From NCBI RefSeq assembly GCF_963921235.1, contig NC_086108.1, forward strand, positions 84,446,001 to 84,510,000: 64,000 nucleotides of DNA, given 5' to 3'. Position numbers and translations under genes: made by a program. The first letter of the stretch is position 1. Every line of letters starts with the position of its first letter. The DNA comes from Mobula hypostoma. Taxonomy: Eukaryota. The notes under the pieces were generated by a model. The model was not told the DNA's origin. It saw nothing but the letters and a program-made list of their open reading frames with translations, and did not search any database. This document shows positions 52,209 through 64,000 of this stretch, one piece after another.

Positions 52209-54379
52209 ACACTCTGAGAAGGTGAGGTATGTCCACAATGGGATGATCAGTGCTGGGCAAGAATTTCAAATCATCTTAAAAACTACTGGTAAATGAGATT
52301 CGGACTTTCAATCAAGTAGCCCTTTGTGAACAACATACAGGGAGCACGCAAAGGCAACTTCAAAACTTGTATGACACCAAAATAATGGTTCCCCTGTAGA
52401 ATCATAGCACGTCATTCTGTCTGGCCACTCACTGGACAAGCCCTGCACCTGAGCTACTCAAAAGACAGTCAAAAAGCTTGAGGAATCTTGCTACCTATCG
52501 GACAAGCACAACACACAATGTCATATTGAAGACACACATTCAAAGTTTTAGAAACAGCTTCTTCCCCTCCGCCATCAGATTTCTGAAAGGACAATGAACC
52601 CAGGTACTGTACCTCACTGTTTTTTTTCTATTTCTGCTCTCTTTTTCACTACTTAGTTGATTTAATTTTACATATGGCAGTATGCCAGTGATATTAAACC
52701 CAAATCTGAGGTCTCTGAACTTGTTAATTCAAAGATAAAAATCAATGAGAGGAGCCAAATTCCAAGGCTCTCCCTAGACTGGAAGAAGGGCTCTGCCAGA
52801 TAGCACCTATCCTTCTATGAGGAGCTACTAATACCTTTCAAAGTACGATTATCATTGCTAAGATTTTCAAAGGCAGCGATAACAGACATCTTTCACTAGA
52901 AACTGGGATCTGATAGTGGGCATGTGTGTCTTGGGTTCATGCCAACATTTAATCTTATTTGACACAGAAGCCTTCGCTAACATTATCAAGTAACTCACTA
53001 GTGAAGCCCCTTTCTCCTGGGCGTCTCTGGAAATGCGGCTCGATAGCCCCTCGCCAACAGCCACTGGATTCCGTGGCGAGTAACCCACCTTTCAGGTGCT
53101 CTGTACATCTAGGGTGTACATCCTATGAAGTTGGGATGTCTCGCTCACCCAAACCCCGGTTTGTGTGAATGCTGTTTGATTTACTGGCCCCCTACAATCG
53201 CCCATCAGCAAGAAATTACCGATTGAACACTGCATACAATTATAAAGAAAGTGTATATATGACTGTCAACTTAACCAGTTATTTAAAAAAGGCAGAAAAC
53301 AAAAAGTGCCCATTATAAGTCAAATATGCACATATATTGGAGCTCAACTTGAAGTTGTTTGTAACTCACACACTGGACCCTCGGTCTGCAAGAAAGCACA
53401 CACCACCTTCCAAATCACACTCAAAATCCATCTCAAACAAATGGGCTCTCCTTGGGAGTACTGGTTCTTCCTCCTTGAAGCCATTCATCTGCTCAAGGCA
53501 CCTTGTGCAACAGGGATGGCATCTTCAGCCATCTTCCCTCCTGTCTTCTCCCAGCTCCTGCCAAAAAAGACCTTGACCCATACCAGTGTCCCTCACAAAA
53601 CCTCTCTGCCCAGCGTTCTCTCGAACCTTCTCCCAATTCCACCATCCTGACTGGCTAACACCACATTCCGAAGCTGAACAACAAAGCCCCTTATCTCAGC
53701 TCTAACCCAAACAGGCTTAAAGTGGCATAGACTGCTCTTACAGAACTGTTCAAATGGAATACCTAAGTATCGTAGCAAAAATCTTAACCGGGTGGGGGAA
53801 TTACACTTGGATAGCAAGAACCTTTGATTTCTTTGCAATTCTCCCCAAGCAACTGTTCTAAACCCTCCAGTCCTAAAAGGTTCAGTGCCACTGATATGAT
53901 TGGTTATGGTCATAAGGTTGATCTACAAACTACAAGATTGCATGACTTGATTAGAAAAGCAAAGGGTTCATAATGAATCTGCATAGAATCTTAGTTTGCC
54001 AAATTGAAATAGTGAGCACAGCTCAAAGTTCAAAAGTACAATTGAGGTTTTAAAAAGGTGATTAAAGATACAGTCATACTTCACTACAACACTATTACAG
54101 CAGAGTATTTAAACAATTAGTTTTTCTACATTAAAATCTTAACTACTCTTCAAAAGGATTTAATTTTTATTTCAAAGAAGTTGGGCAGCATCACCGATAA
54201 CAACACCTCACTTCCCAAAGTGCTTAATGCAGTCAATGCGTTTCGAACAGAAGACAAGGGGTTTGTCACCAGCCACTGCGGCAGTCTCAAGTGCAATTGA
54301 ACCCACAGTCACCACTACAGACGCAAGGCAAGATCATTCTTATGGAGAGTGAACATGTGGAAAACATCTGGCGTGGATG

Positions 54380-55010
54380 TTATCACTGTCTGTATCTTTG
54401 CACTCAGTGCAGATCAGCTGGCAGGAATGATTGCAGATGTTTTTAACCTCTCCCTGCTTCATTTTGTGGATCCCACCTGATTTAAGAGCACCAGTGGGTG
54501 CCATCTCCCTGGTGCTACAGTCATCTCTGGAGCATCTGCATAGCAAATACAACCATATCAGACTACTGATAGTGACTTCAGCTCTGCCTCCAACACTGTC
54601 ATCCCAAGTGAATTCATCGCCAAACTATGGATCCTGGCAATCAATGCCTCTCTCTGCAACTGGATCCTTGACTTCCTCACCACACACCACAATCAGTAAG
54701 GACAAGCAGCAACACCTCGATGACAATTATTCTAATCACGATGCTCCACAAGGTAGTGTCTTCAACCCCTAACTCTACTCCCTGTACACTCATGACTATG
54801 TGCCCATATTCCATACTCTAATTCCATTTACAAGTTTGCAAATTATACCACCATAGTGGGCTGTTTCTCCAATAACAATGAATCAGAGTACAGGAGAGCA
54901 TAGCATAACATAGTGTCAAAATAACAGCTTTTCCATAAATAACAGTAAAACAAAAGAGTTGGTCATTGACTTCAGGAAGGAGAGGGCCGGTGCACATGCT
55001 CTTGTCTACA
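54380..55010 (+). mobile_element. Degraded Rex1/Babar RT fragment
   Basis: APQGSVFNP, YKFANYTTIVG, KELVIDFRK. Confidence 0.7.
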
Positions 55011-55011
55011 T

Positions 55012-55590
55012 CATTAATTCCACATCCCATTCTGACATGTCTATCCACGGCCTCCTCTACTGTAATGATGAAGCCACGCTCAGGTTGGAGGAACAACACC
55101 TTATATTCCGTCTGGGTAGCCTCCAACCTGATGGCATGAACATCGACTTCTCTAACTTGCGCTAATGCCCCACCTCCCCCTCGTATCCCATCTGTTATTT
55201 ATTTTTATACACATTCTTTCTCTCACTCTCCTTTTTCTCCCTCTGTCCCTCTGAATATACCCCTTGCCCATCCTCTGGGTCCCCCCCCCTTGTCTTTCTT
55301 CCCAGACCTCCTGTCCCATGATCCTCTCGTATCCGTTTTGCCTATCACCTGTCCAGCTCTTGGCTCCATCCCTCCCCCTCCTGTCTTCTCCTATCATTTT
55401 GGATCTCCCCCTCCCCCTCCAACTTTCAAATCCCTTACTCACTCTTCCTTCAGTTAGTCCTGACGAAGGGTCTCGGCCTGAAACGTCGACTGCACCTCTT
55501 CCTATAGATGCTGCCTGGCCTGCTGCGTTCATCAGCAACTTTTATGTGTGCTGCTTGAATTTCCAGCATCTGCAGAATTCCTGTTTGCGT
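55012..55590 (+). mobile_element. Young Penelope-like 3' fragment
   Basis: NSTSHSDMSIHGLLYCNDEATLRLEEQHLIFRLGSLQPDGMNIDF. Confidence 0.9.
55456..55491 (+). ncRNA. Minimal type I hammerhead ribozyme motif
   Basis: agtc CTGACGA agg-gtctcgg-cct GAAA cg TC gact. Confidence 0.8.
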
Positions 55591-55594
55591 ACAC

Positions 55595-58215
55595 AATATC
55601 AACTGATTCTACTTTGTCTATCCTGCTTGTTGTTTCTTAAAAGAATTCCAACAAATTTATCAGGTAAGAGTTTCTCGAGGAAACCATGCTGACAAAGGCC
55701 TATTTTATCATGTGCCCCCAAGTACCCTGAGACCTCATCTTTGATCCTTGACTCCAACATCTTCCCAACCACCAAGGTCAGACTAACTGGCCTATAAGTT
55801 CCTTTCTTCTGTCTCTTTCCTTTCTTGAAGCGACATTAGCAATCTTTCAAATCTTTTCAAATCTTCCAGAACCATTCCAGAATCTAGTGATTCTTGAAAG
55901 AATCCCTCCATGATCTCTTCAGCCACCTCTTTCAGAACTGGGGGTATACACCATCTGTTCCAGGTGTCTAAACTACCATCACACTTTTCAGTTTCCCAAG
56001 AACCTTCTCCCTAGTAATGGTAACTTCACACACTTTATAACCCCTGACACTTGGAACTTCTACCATACTGCTAGTGTGTTCCACAGTGAAGACTGATACA
56101 AAATACTTATTCAGTTCATCCACCATTTCCTTGTCCTCCATTACTACCTCTCCAGCATCATTTTCCACTCTAACCTCTCTTTTACACCTTATGAATTTGA
56201 AGAAACTTTTGGTATTCTCTCTAATATTATTGCCTAGCTTACTTTCTACTTCCATCTTTATCCTCTTAGTGATTTTTTAGTTGCCTTCTGTTGGTTTTTA
56301 AAAGCTTCCCAATCCTCCAACTTCCCACTAATCTTTACTCTATTATATGCCCTCTCTTTGGCTTTTATGTTGGCTTTGACTTCCCTTGTTAGCCATGGTT
56401 GTTTCATCTTTCCTTTAGAATACATCTTCCTCTTTGGGATGTACATATCCTGTGCTTTCCAAATAGCTTCCAGAATTCCAGCCATTGCTGCTCTGCTGTC
56501 ATCCCTGCCCGTGTTCTTTTCCAATCAATTCTGGCCTTTCTCCTCTCTCATGCCTCTGTAATTCCCTTTACTCCACTGTAATACTGATTTATCTGACTTT
56601 AGCTTCTGCTTCTCAAATTTCAGGGTGAAGTTGATCGTATTATGATCACTTGCTGCTGAGGGTTCTTTTACCTTAATGTCTCTAATCAATTCTGGTTCAT
56701 TACTCAATACCCAATCCAGAATAGCCAGTGAGCTCAAACACGAGCTGCTCTAAAAATCCATCTCCTAAGCACCCTAGAAATTCCCAGTGCTGGTATCCAG
56801 CACCAATCTCAGTTTCCCAGTCTACCTGCACATTGAAATCCCCCATGACTATTGTAATATTGCCCTTTTGGCATGAAAATTCCTGTTGTAATTTGTAGGC
56901 CACATCCTAACTATTCTTTGGGGATCTTTATACAAATCCCATCACTGTCTTTTTCCCCTTTGCAGTTCCTTAGACCCATCCACAAAGATTCAACACCATC
57001 TGACCCAATGTCACTTTTTTCTAATGATTCAATTTCATTTTTTACCAACCGAGCAATGCTACCCCCTCTCCCTCTGCCTTCCTGTCCTTTCGATACAATG
57101 TGTATCCTTGAACATTAAGCTCCCACTATAATCCTCTTTCAGCCATGATTCAGTGAAGCCTAAAACATCATACCTGCCAATCTGCAACTGTACTGCAAGT
57201 TCATCTACCTTATTCTGTTGTTACGTACCCCGTAACTGGGTTGCCAAACCAGCAGAAATGGATCACTCAGTTGGAGTCTGGAGTACTAGAACTAAGAAAG
57301 TTTTATTAAAGAAACAAGCAACACAGTAATCGAAAGGATAATAAATGCAACAATTCAACAATGATAACCACACATGTGCACAGAATTAAGATAACAGCAT
57401 CAATCAAGCTCTATCGTTGTCTAGGGGTAAATGACCAATTTCAAAATGACTCAAAGTTCAGTCCAGTTTAGTAGTTCAGTTCGCAGTAATCGTTGCCATG
57501 GCGATGGACAAGGTGGGGGAAGAGAGACAGAGAGAACAACTCATCATTCAGCACAGCTTCACTCACAGACCAGCGGGATGGCTCACAACCAGCTTTTGGG
57601 CAGGTCCTTGGTGATGTCACCTGAGGTCACCGACTGTGACCCCTCCTCCAGATGCGGTCGATCCTCTGCAGTGAACCCGGCACCCAGGCAAGGGCGGACA
57701 CACACCGGGTTCCCGCTGATCGTACCTTTTCACCCTGTGCGTTGTCCGGTTCTTCTCACCACTCGTGAGAGGCGCACCGCTTCCAGGGTCTCGTTACCTC
57801 GGGTGGCGTGTGTGTCGTCTTAGCGAACCTGTCCCTTTTTATCCCCCTGCTGGGGTATCGCCTGTCCATCACTTCAAACAGTTCAAAGGGGGGAGCCGCT
57901 CCAGACAGCTCTTCCTCCCACATCCCCTCATTACACATCCCCAGACGCTGCTCCATTGTTCCTTATCTCTCCTTCCCCTGAGGGCAGGTGGCAGACCAAC
58001 TGCTGATGCCACTGATGCTAGCCCAGGCCAGCAAACATCTTAATTTTATGTGTATTCTCGTAACACTGTATACTGCACACATTCAAATATAACACCTTCA
58101 GTCCTGTATTCACCCTTTTTGATTTTATCCTCCTTTTACATTGCAACTCATCTTTGTGACTGCAATTTCACCCTATCAACTGCCTCTCCTCACTACAAAT
58201 TGCCTGTTTGTAAAC
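55595..58215 (-). mobile_element. CR1 LINE endonuclease/linker region interrupted by a solo LTR
   Basis: IVMGDFN, ASDHNTINF, QPWLTREVK, KYFVSVFTVE. Confidence 0.88.
57219..58065 (-). mobile_element. Solo LTR (847 bp), young
   Basis: Perfect tgttacg/cgtaaca termini, perfect 4-bp TSD ctgt, CpG-rich, minus-strand AATAAA near 57302. Confidence 0.9.
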
Positions 58216-58452
58216 CAGATTCTCTCCTATTAAGAGAGATTAACCTTATTTGTCAAATATAGTATACATCAAAACACAGTGAAATGCATTACTTGCATCA
58301 ATGACCAACACAGTCCAAGATGTGGTGGGGGCAGCCCCAAGTGTTGCCATGTTTCCAGCATCAACACAGTAAACCTACAACTCACTAACTCTAACCCATA
58401 TGACTTCGAGATGTGCGAGAAAACCAGAGCACCCTGTGGTAAACCATATATA

Positions 58453-58662
58453 TGTTGTAACTGGGTGAACTGTCTGGACACGCCCCTCTGCTGACTGCCC
58501 CTGTGGCTCCTCCCACAGAGTCCTGTATAAATGTGTTTCACCTTGCCCCTCCCCCTCAGTCTGGGGGCAGACACTCACCATGGAGGTCGTATTGTACAGT
58601 GAATAAAAGCCTTTCAGTATTTTACCTAACCTCAGTCTTTTGGAGTTATTGAAGGTGCTTCA
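58453..58662 (+). mobile_element. Short solo LTR (~210 bp) inside a SINE
   Basis: TG...CA termini, TATAAA near 58526, AATAAA near 58602. Confidence 0.65.
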
Positions 58663-58699
58663 CACCCAAAGGAAACCTATGCAGTTACAGGGAGTATGG

Positions 58700-59247
58700 C
58701 CTAGTCAGGCCGCAACTGAAGTATTGTCAATAGTTTTGAGCCCTATATCTCAGAAAGGATGTATTCTCATTGGAGAGAGTCCAGAGGAGGTTCATAAGGA
58801 TGCCAGGATTGAAGGGGTTAACATACGAGGCGCATTTGGTAGCTTTGGGCCTGTACTTACTGGAATTTAGAAGTATGTGGGGGGATCTTATGTAAACCTA
58901 CTGAATGTTGAAAGGACTAGACAGGATGTTTCCAATGGAGGGGGTATCCAGAACTAGAGAGTGCAGCCTCAAAATTATGGGGCGACCCTTTACAACAGAG
59001 GTAAGGAGGAATTTTTTTTTAGCAAGAGAGTAGTAAATCTGTGGAATGCTCTGCCACGGACTGCGGTGGAAGCCAAGTCCATGCATATATTGAAGGCTGA
59101 AGTTGATCGGTCAGGGCATCAAAGGATATGGCGAGAAGGCAGGTATATGGGTTGAATGAGATCTGGGATCAGTTATGATGGAATGGCGGAGCAGACTCAA
59201 TGGGCTGAATGGCCTAATTCTGCTCCTATGTCCTATGGTATTATGGA
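58700..59247 (+). mobile_element. CR1 3' fragment
   Basis: FFSKRVVNLWNALP; CR1 tail ctgctcctatgtcctatggt. Confidence 0.8.
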
Positions 59248-59389
59248 GAATATTCATATTCCTTATAGACAGCAGTGGAAATTGAACCCCAATTTGTGAT
59301 AGCTAAGGCAGGGAAGTGTTGTTTTAACTGTTATACAACCACGCCGCCCTATCTGAGTAATGACCAGGCAGGGCAACGACTCAGCACAT

Positions 59390-59860
59390 GACTATAAGAA
59401 ACTACAGACCCGTGGACACAGTTCAGCACCTCAAGAAAATTGCTTCCCATCTACGGACGTCTCGCTGCCTCAGTAAAGCAGCCTGTATAATCAAACACCC
59501 AGCCCACACTCAACATTCTCCCTTCTCCCCTCTTCCACTGGGTAGAAGATGCAAAAGCCTGAAAGCACATATCACCAGTCGCAAGGGCAGCTTCTACCCC
59601 ACTGTTACAAGACTATTAAATAGTTCTATAGTACAAAAAGTGAACTCTTGACCTCACAATCGGCCTCATTATGACCTTGCACTTTATTGTTTACCTGCAC
59701 TGTACTTTCTTTGTAGCTGTTATACTTAATCCTGCATTGTTATTGTTTTACCTTGTTCTACCTCAGTGCATGAATCATGATTTGATCTGTATGAGGATGG
59801 AAGAAATGTTTTTCACTGTATCTCAGTGCATGTGACAATAATAAACCAATTCCAATTCAC
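59390..59860 (+). mobile_element. Rex1/Babar 3' fragment
   Basis: KAACIIKHPAH..FSPLPLGRRCKSL..SFYPTVTRLLN; aataaaccaattccaattc tail. Confidence 0.7.
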
Positions 59861-60141
59861 TGCCTATAAAGAACCTTACGAGATTTTGAAAGGATGGTAT
59901 ATTAGTGGAAGTTTTGTTTTAATAAGAGCTTTGTCATGACAAAGAGAAAAATACCATAGCAGACTCAATAGCAAGAAATGGCTTGTTTCCCTGTTTACAC
60001 ATTTTATCCTTCTATAACAGAAAGCTGGAGCAGCACTGTGCTGGGTGGAGGAGGGTACACCAACAAAGATCAAGTCTAATTATACACTGCCTTGGCCTTG
60101 TACAGAGAGGTCTATACTTACACACTGCCTGAATTACTTAC

Positions 60142-60178
60142 ATTTTGTTCGGTGTTTGCAGTGAATGCCACTGGAACA
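60142..60178 (-). CDS. Candidate 37-bp exon, frame unknown
   Basis: tctattttcccag| acceptor and |gtaagt consensus donor; open in all three frames; unique sequence. Confidence 0.3.
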
Positions 60179-61624
60179 CTGGGAAAATAGATTTTCTTTT
60201 GGTAATTATCAAACATACAATTCTAACCGAGGTATTATTTACAATAATCAGAAATCACAACCTTTTAAAAAATATAATAAAAAATTCTACTGCGCTCATG
60301 CTAACAACAACACATTCTGAACCATTTATCCTTGGGATTTTTGGGAGGCTGCTCAAATGTGTTAAATATCAGCAGATGTTCTACAGTTACAAACAAGCAT
60401 TTATACATTACTTAGATTTGGCAGAAACTAGCTGGCTAGAATTATTTGATTTTATAGCTGAAGCGTCATAAGGATCCATTTGCTTTCAAACTGAAGAATT
60501 GCATCTTATGAGAGCAACCTTAAAAAATTAAATGTTTTGTACATAGTTCAAAAAGGAATGGAGGTTAGATGAGTACAAAGTCTAATACTCTTTGCAAAAC
60601 CAACTGGAAATTCACCTTTTCAAATCAATATTACATGAAATTTTGCACAGGTTAACAAATAAAGCCAACTTCAATTAAAATAATCCATTTGTAGTTATTA
60701 TTACTTCACCTTTCCTTTCGTTAAAGGAATTCCATTAATTTCATAAAAAGAAAGAAAATAATAATCCAATCAAGTACAATAAACAAGCTAGCTGAGAAGA
60801 CTGTACACAGTTTCATAGAAAATATATTTTGAGTGGTTCTAAACCAAAACCAACATTTCCTATTACATCAAAATTATAGATTTGCTGGTTTCTATATATA
60901 GTATAAATGCAGCAGCATGATCCAAGGACATTGAGCTTGGAAAAATAGAGGAATATGGGTAACCTTAGGTAATTTCTAAATAAGTACATTCGACACAGCA
61001 CTGTAGGCCGAAGGGCCTGTATTGTGCTGTAGGTTTTCTACGTTTCTATGAAATTGTGAATGCCCCATGTACTTTCCAACATGTGGATAGAGACACGAGT
61101 TATTAGGGCCATTCTCTCTTCCTGCTGCTGTTACTGGGAAGGAGGTACAGGAGCCTTAAGCCCCACACCACCAGGCTCAGGAACGATTATCACCCTTCAA
61201 CTACCCTTGAACCAGCATGGATATGTTCACTCTCCTCACTGATTCACCAATTTCTGGACTCACTTTCAAGGACTCTACAACTCATGTTCTCAGTATTATT
61301 TTATTATGTTTTTTTTTGTACTTGCACTGTAAGTCTTCTCTTGTAAATTGGTTGTTTGTATTTGTGTGTAGTTTTTCATTGATTCTATTGTATTTCTTTG
61401 CTCTACAGTGAATGCCTGCAAGATAATGAATCTCAGGGTAGTATATGGTGACATATACAGTACGTACTTTGATAATAAACTTATTTTGAATGATACCTAA
61501 CACAGAAAACAAATTTATTGAACAATATCTTATGATACTATTCAACTGTACCACTGTAGTAATATCATGTGCCATGTTTGTATGATGTATGTAATCATGG
61601 TCCACTGATCATGATTGTTCTCGA

Positions 61625-64000
61625 CAAATTTTTCTCCTATTCAAGAATTGATTATTTCTTTATTGATTCTTGTCTTATTTCCTCAGTGATTAAATGTGAT
61701 TATGACTCTATAACCATTTCGGATCATGTTCCACTTAAGCTTTCTATTAAAATTCTGGCCAATATACAAAATAATAGACAATGGCGTTTTAATTCGCTGT
61801 TGCTTCAGGACTCGGACTTTGTTAACTTTATGAATGAACAGATTGATCTTTTTTTTTACAATTAACTATACAGAGGATATTTCTGTTAACATTCTTTGGG
61901 ATACTTTTAAAGCTTATATTCGTGGTCAGATTATCTCGTATTCTGCTGCTTTGAGGAAGAAGCTGAAGCAGGAGGAGTTGGTAATTGTGGACAAGATTAA
62001 GGAAATTGATAAGAAATATGTTATAGCTCCTTCTGAGGAGTTATATAAACAAAGAACTGAACTTCAAATGGAACACAGTTTATTACTCTCGTCCTCGATT
62101 GTAAACCAATTAAAGAAAACAAGAAGTGAATTTTATGTACACAGTGACAAAATTGGCAAACTGTTAGCTAATCAACTGAAGTCTAATTATGCTAAATCTC
62201 AAATTAATCAGATTTATAACCAAAATGATCGACTGATTCTTGATCATGTGGGGATTAATCAAACCTTCTGTGATTTTTACTCTTCCTTATATCAATCAGA
62301 GTCTCCTCGAGATTCTAAATATATGAATGACTTTTTAGATAATTTAGACTTCCCTGAGATTTCACAGGATATGTCTTCTATGTTAGATACTCCCATTACT
62401 ATGGATGAGATTAAGAATGTTATTTTCTCTATGAATTTGGGGAAAGCTCCTGGCCCTGATGGGTTTACCGTAGAATTTTATAAATGTTTTGCTCCTTCAT
62501 TAATCCCTTGGCTCTGTAGGGTTTTTGAGGCTTCATTAAAACTTGGTAAACTTCCTGAATCTTTAAATAGAGCATCAATTTCTCTAATATTAAAGAAGGA
62601 TAAAGATCCTGCTCAATGTGCATCTTATAGACCAATATCTTTATTAAATGTTGATTCTAAAGTTTTTTCTAAGTTATTAGCAAATAGATTAGAAAAAGTA
62701 CTTCCTTCTATTATTTCGGAAGACCAAACGGGTTTTATTAAAGGTCGTTACTCTTTTTATAATATTCGCACACTGTTAAATATCGTTTATACTCCCACAC
62801 AAAATGTTCCTGAGTCTGTTATCTCTTTAGATGCTGAGAAAGCTTTTGATAGAGTAGAATGGCCTTATTTATTTAAGGTGCTTGAAATGTTTAATTTTAG
62901 CTCGAAATTTATATCCTGGATTAAACTGTTATATCATTCTCCTGTGGCCTCGGTCCGTACTAACTCTTTAAGTTCACCTTTTTTCCCTCTTTTTCGAGGT
63001 ACTCGACAAGGTTGTCCTCTTAGTCCCTTATTATTTGATATTGCATTAGAACCTCTTGCAATTGCCATTCGAGAATCTCCAAATATTACTGGGATAACTC
63101 GGGGCTTAAAGTCCCATAAAATATCATTTTATGCTGATGATTTACTTTTATATATTTCTAATCCTCAAAAATCCATCCCAGCTGTTTTAGAGCTATTAGC
63201 ACAATTTGGTCTTTTTTCAGGTTATAAATTAAATCTTAGTAAGAGTGAACTCATTCCGATTAATAAACAACTTCTCTTATATTATAAATTTCCATTTAAA
63301 TTGATTAATAATTATTTTTCATATCTTGGGATTAAAATTACTTGTAAATACAAAGATTTATTTAAGACTAACTTTTTACCATTAATAGACCATATTATTC
63401 AACTTTCATCTAAATGGTTTCCTTTATATTTAACTTTGATTGGTCGTATTAATGCAGTTAAGATGTTTTTTTTGCCAAAATTTTTATATATATTTCAGGC
63501 ATTACCAATCTTTGTTCCAAAATCTTTTTTTGACAAAGTTGACTCTAAAATTTCTTCATTTATTTGGCAGAATAAAAACCCGAGACTGGGTAAAATACAT
63601 TTACAGAAAGCTAAGAGAGATGGAGGCTTAGCATTACTTAACTTTAGATTTTATTATTGGGCAATTAATATTCGACATATGAAATTCTGGTTACTTGACC
63701 AGGATATACTATCCATTCCTAAATGGGTAGCATTGGAATTACAATCTGTTCAGGGTTTTACACTTGGCTCTATTTTAGGTTCCTTTCTTCCTTTTGATTT
63801 GAAACGCCTTAAACAGGTATCTAACCCGATAGTTAAATATACCTTACGTATTTGGTTTCAATTCAGAAAATTTTTTGATCTTAATCAATTTGGGTTAGTG
63901 ATTCCTATTTTAGGTAACATATTTTTTCCTCCCTCTTTTACGGATCGTGCTTTTCAAATTTGGAAGACTAAGGGTATTTCACGGTTTTGGATTTATTTTT
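61625..64000 (+). mobile_element. L1-clade LINE ORF2 (EN end plus full RT), 5'-truncated, continues past the window
   Basis: YSRIDYF..ISDHVPL; frameshift in a poly-T near 61850; then open 61861-63999 with KAPGPDGF, YRPISLLN, SLDAEKAFDRVEW, GTRQGCPLSPLLF, FYADD, YLGI. Confidence 0.95.

Noticed and set aside
53070..53777. Possible additional solo LTR ending tcgtagca
   Set aside because: Could not locate a matching left terminus or TSD.
54212..54314. Minus-strand exon-like open segment (VTVGSIALETAAVAGDKPL..)
   Set aside because: No recognisable protein, and the aagcactttggga end resembles an old SINE tail; not excluded but unsupported.
32388..55692. Recurring peptide SPDEGSRPETSTVPLP as a protein family, or the spaced repeats as a CRISPR array
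   Set aside because: It is the translation of the non-coding Penelope terminus containing the hammerhead; copies are dispersed with no regular spacers or cas genes.

Overview
Eukaryotic (vertebrate) genomic DNA with CpG depletion and no prokaryotic genes, CRISPR arrays or rRNA/tRNA genes. The repeat content points to a cartilaginous fish, probably a ray (inferred): CR1/HER1-type LINEs, HE1-like SINEs, Penelope-like elements, Rex1/Babar, T-rich L1, RTE, Tigger/Tc1/hAT DNA transposons, a Gypsy element and solo LTRs. Most of the window is nested transposable-element debris, consistent with a large intron or intergenic region; a few unverified minus-strand micro-exon candidates lie in the unique stretches. 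Highlights: (1) a dispersed set of minimal hammerhead-ribozyme motifs in Penelope-like termini, five with intact cores, often in inverted pairs bounded by target-site duplications (TSDs); (2) an RTE LINE with a twin-priming-type 5' inversion inserted in a Gypsy LTR; (3) a Tigger MITE and a hAT remnant that, from memory, closely resemble primate MER2/Tigger3 and Charlie3/MER1 (horizontal-transfer candidates); (4) a 713-codon open L1 ORF2 frame that the ORF track misses; (5) two long palindromes. I see no convincing wholly novel protein-coding system. Family names come from motif recognition, not database searches, and boundaries without TIR/TSD support are approximate.
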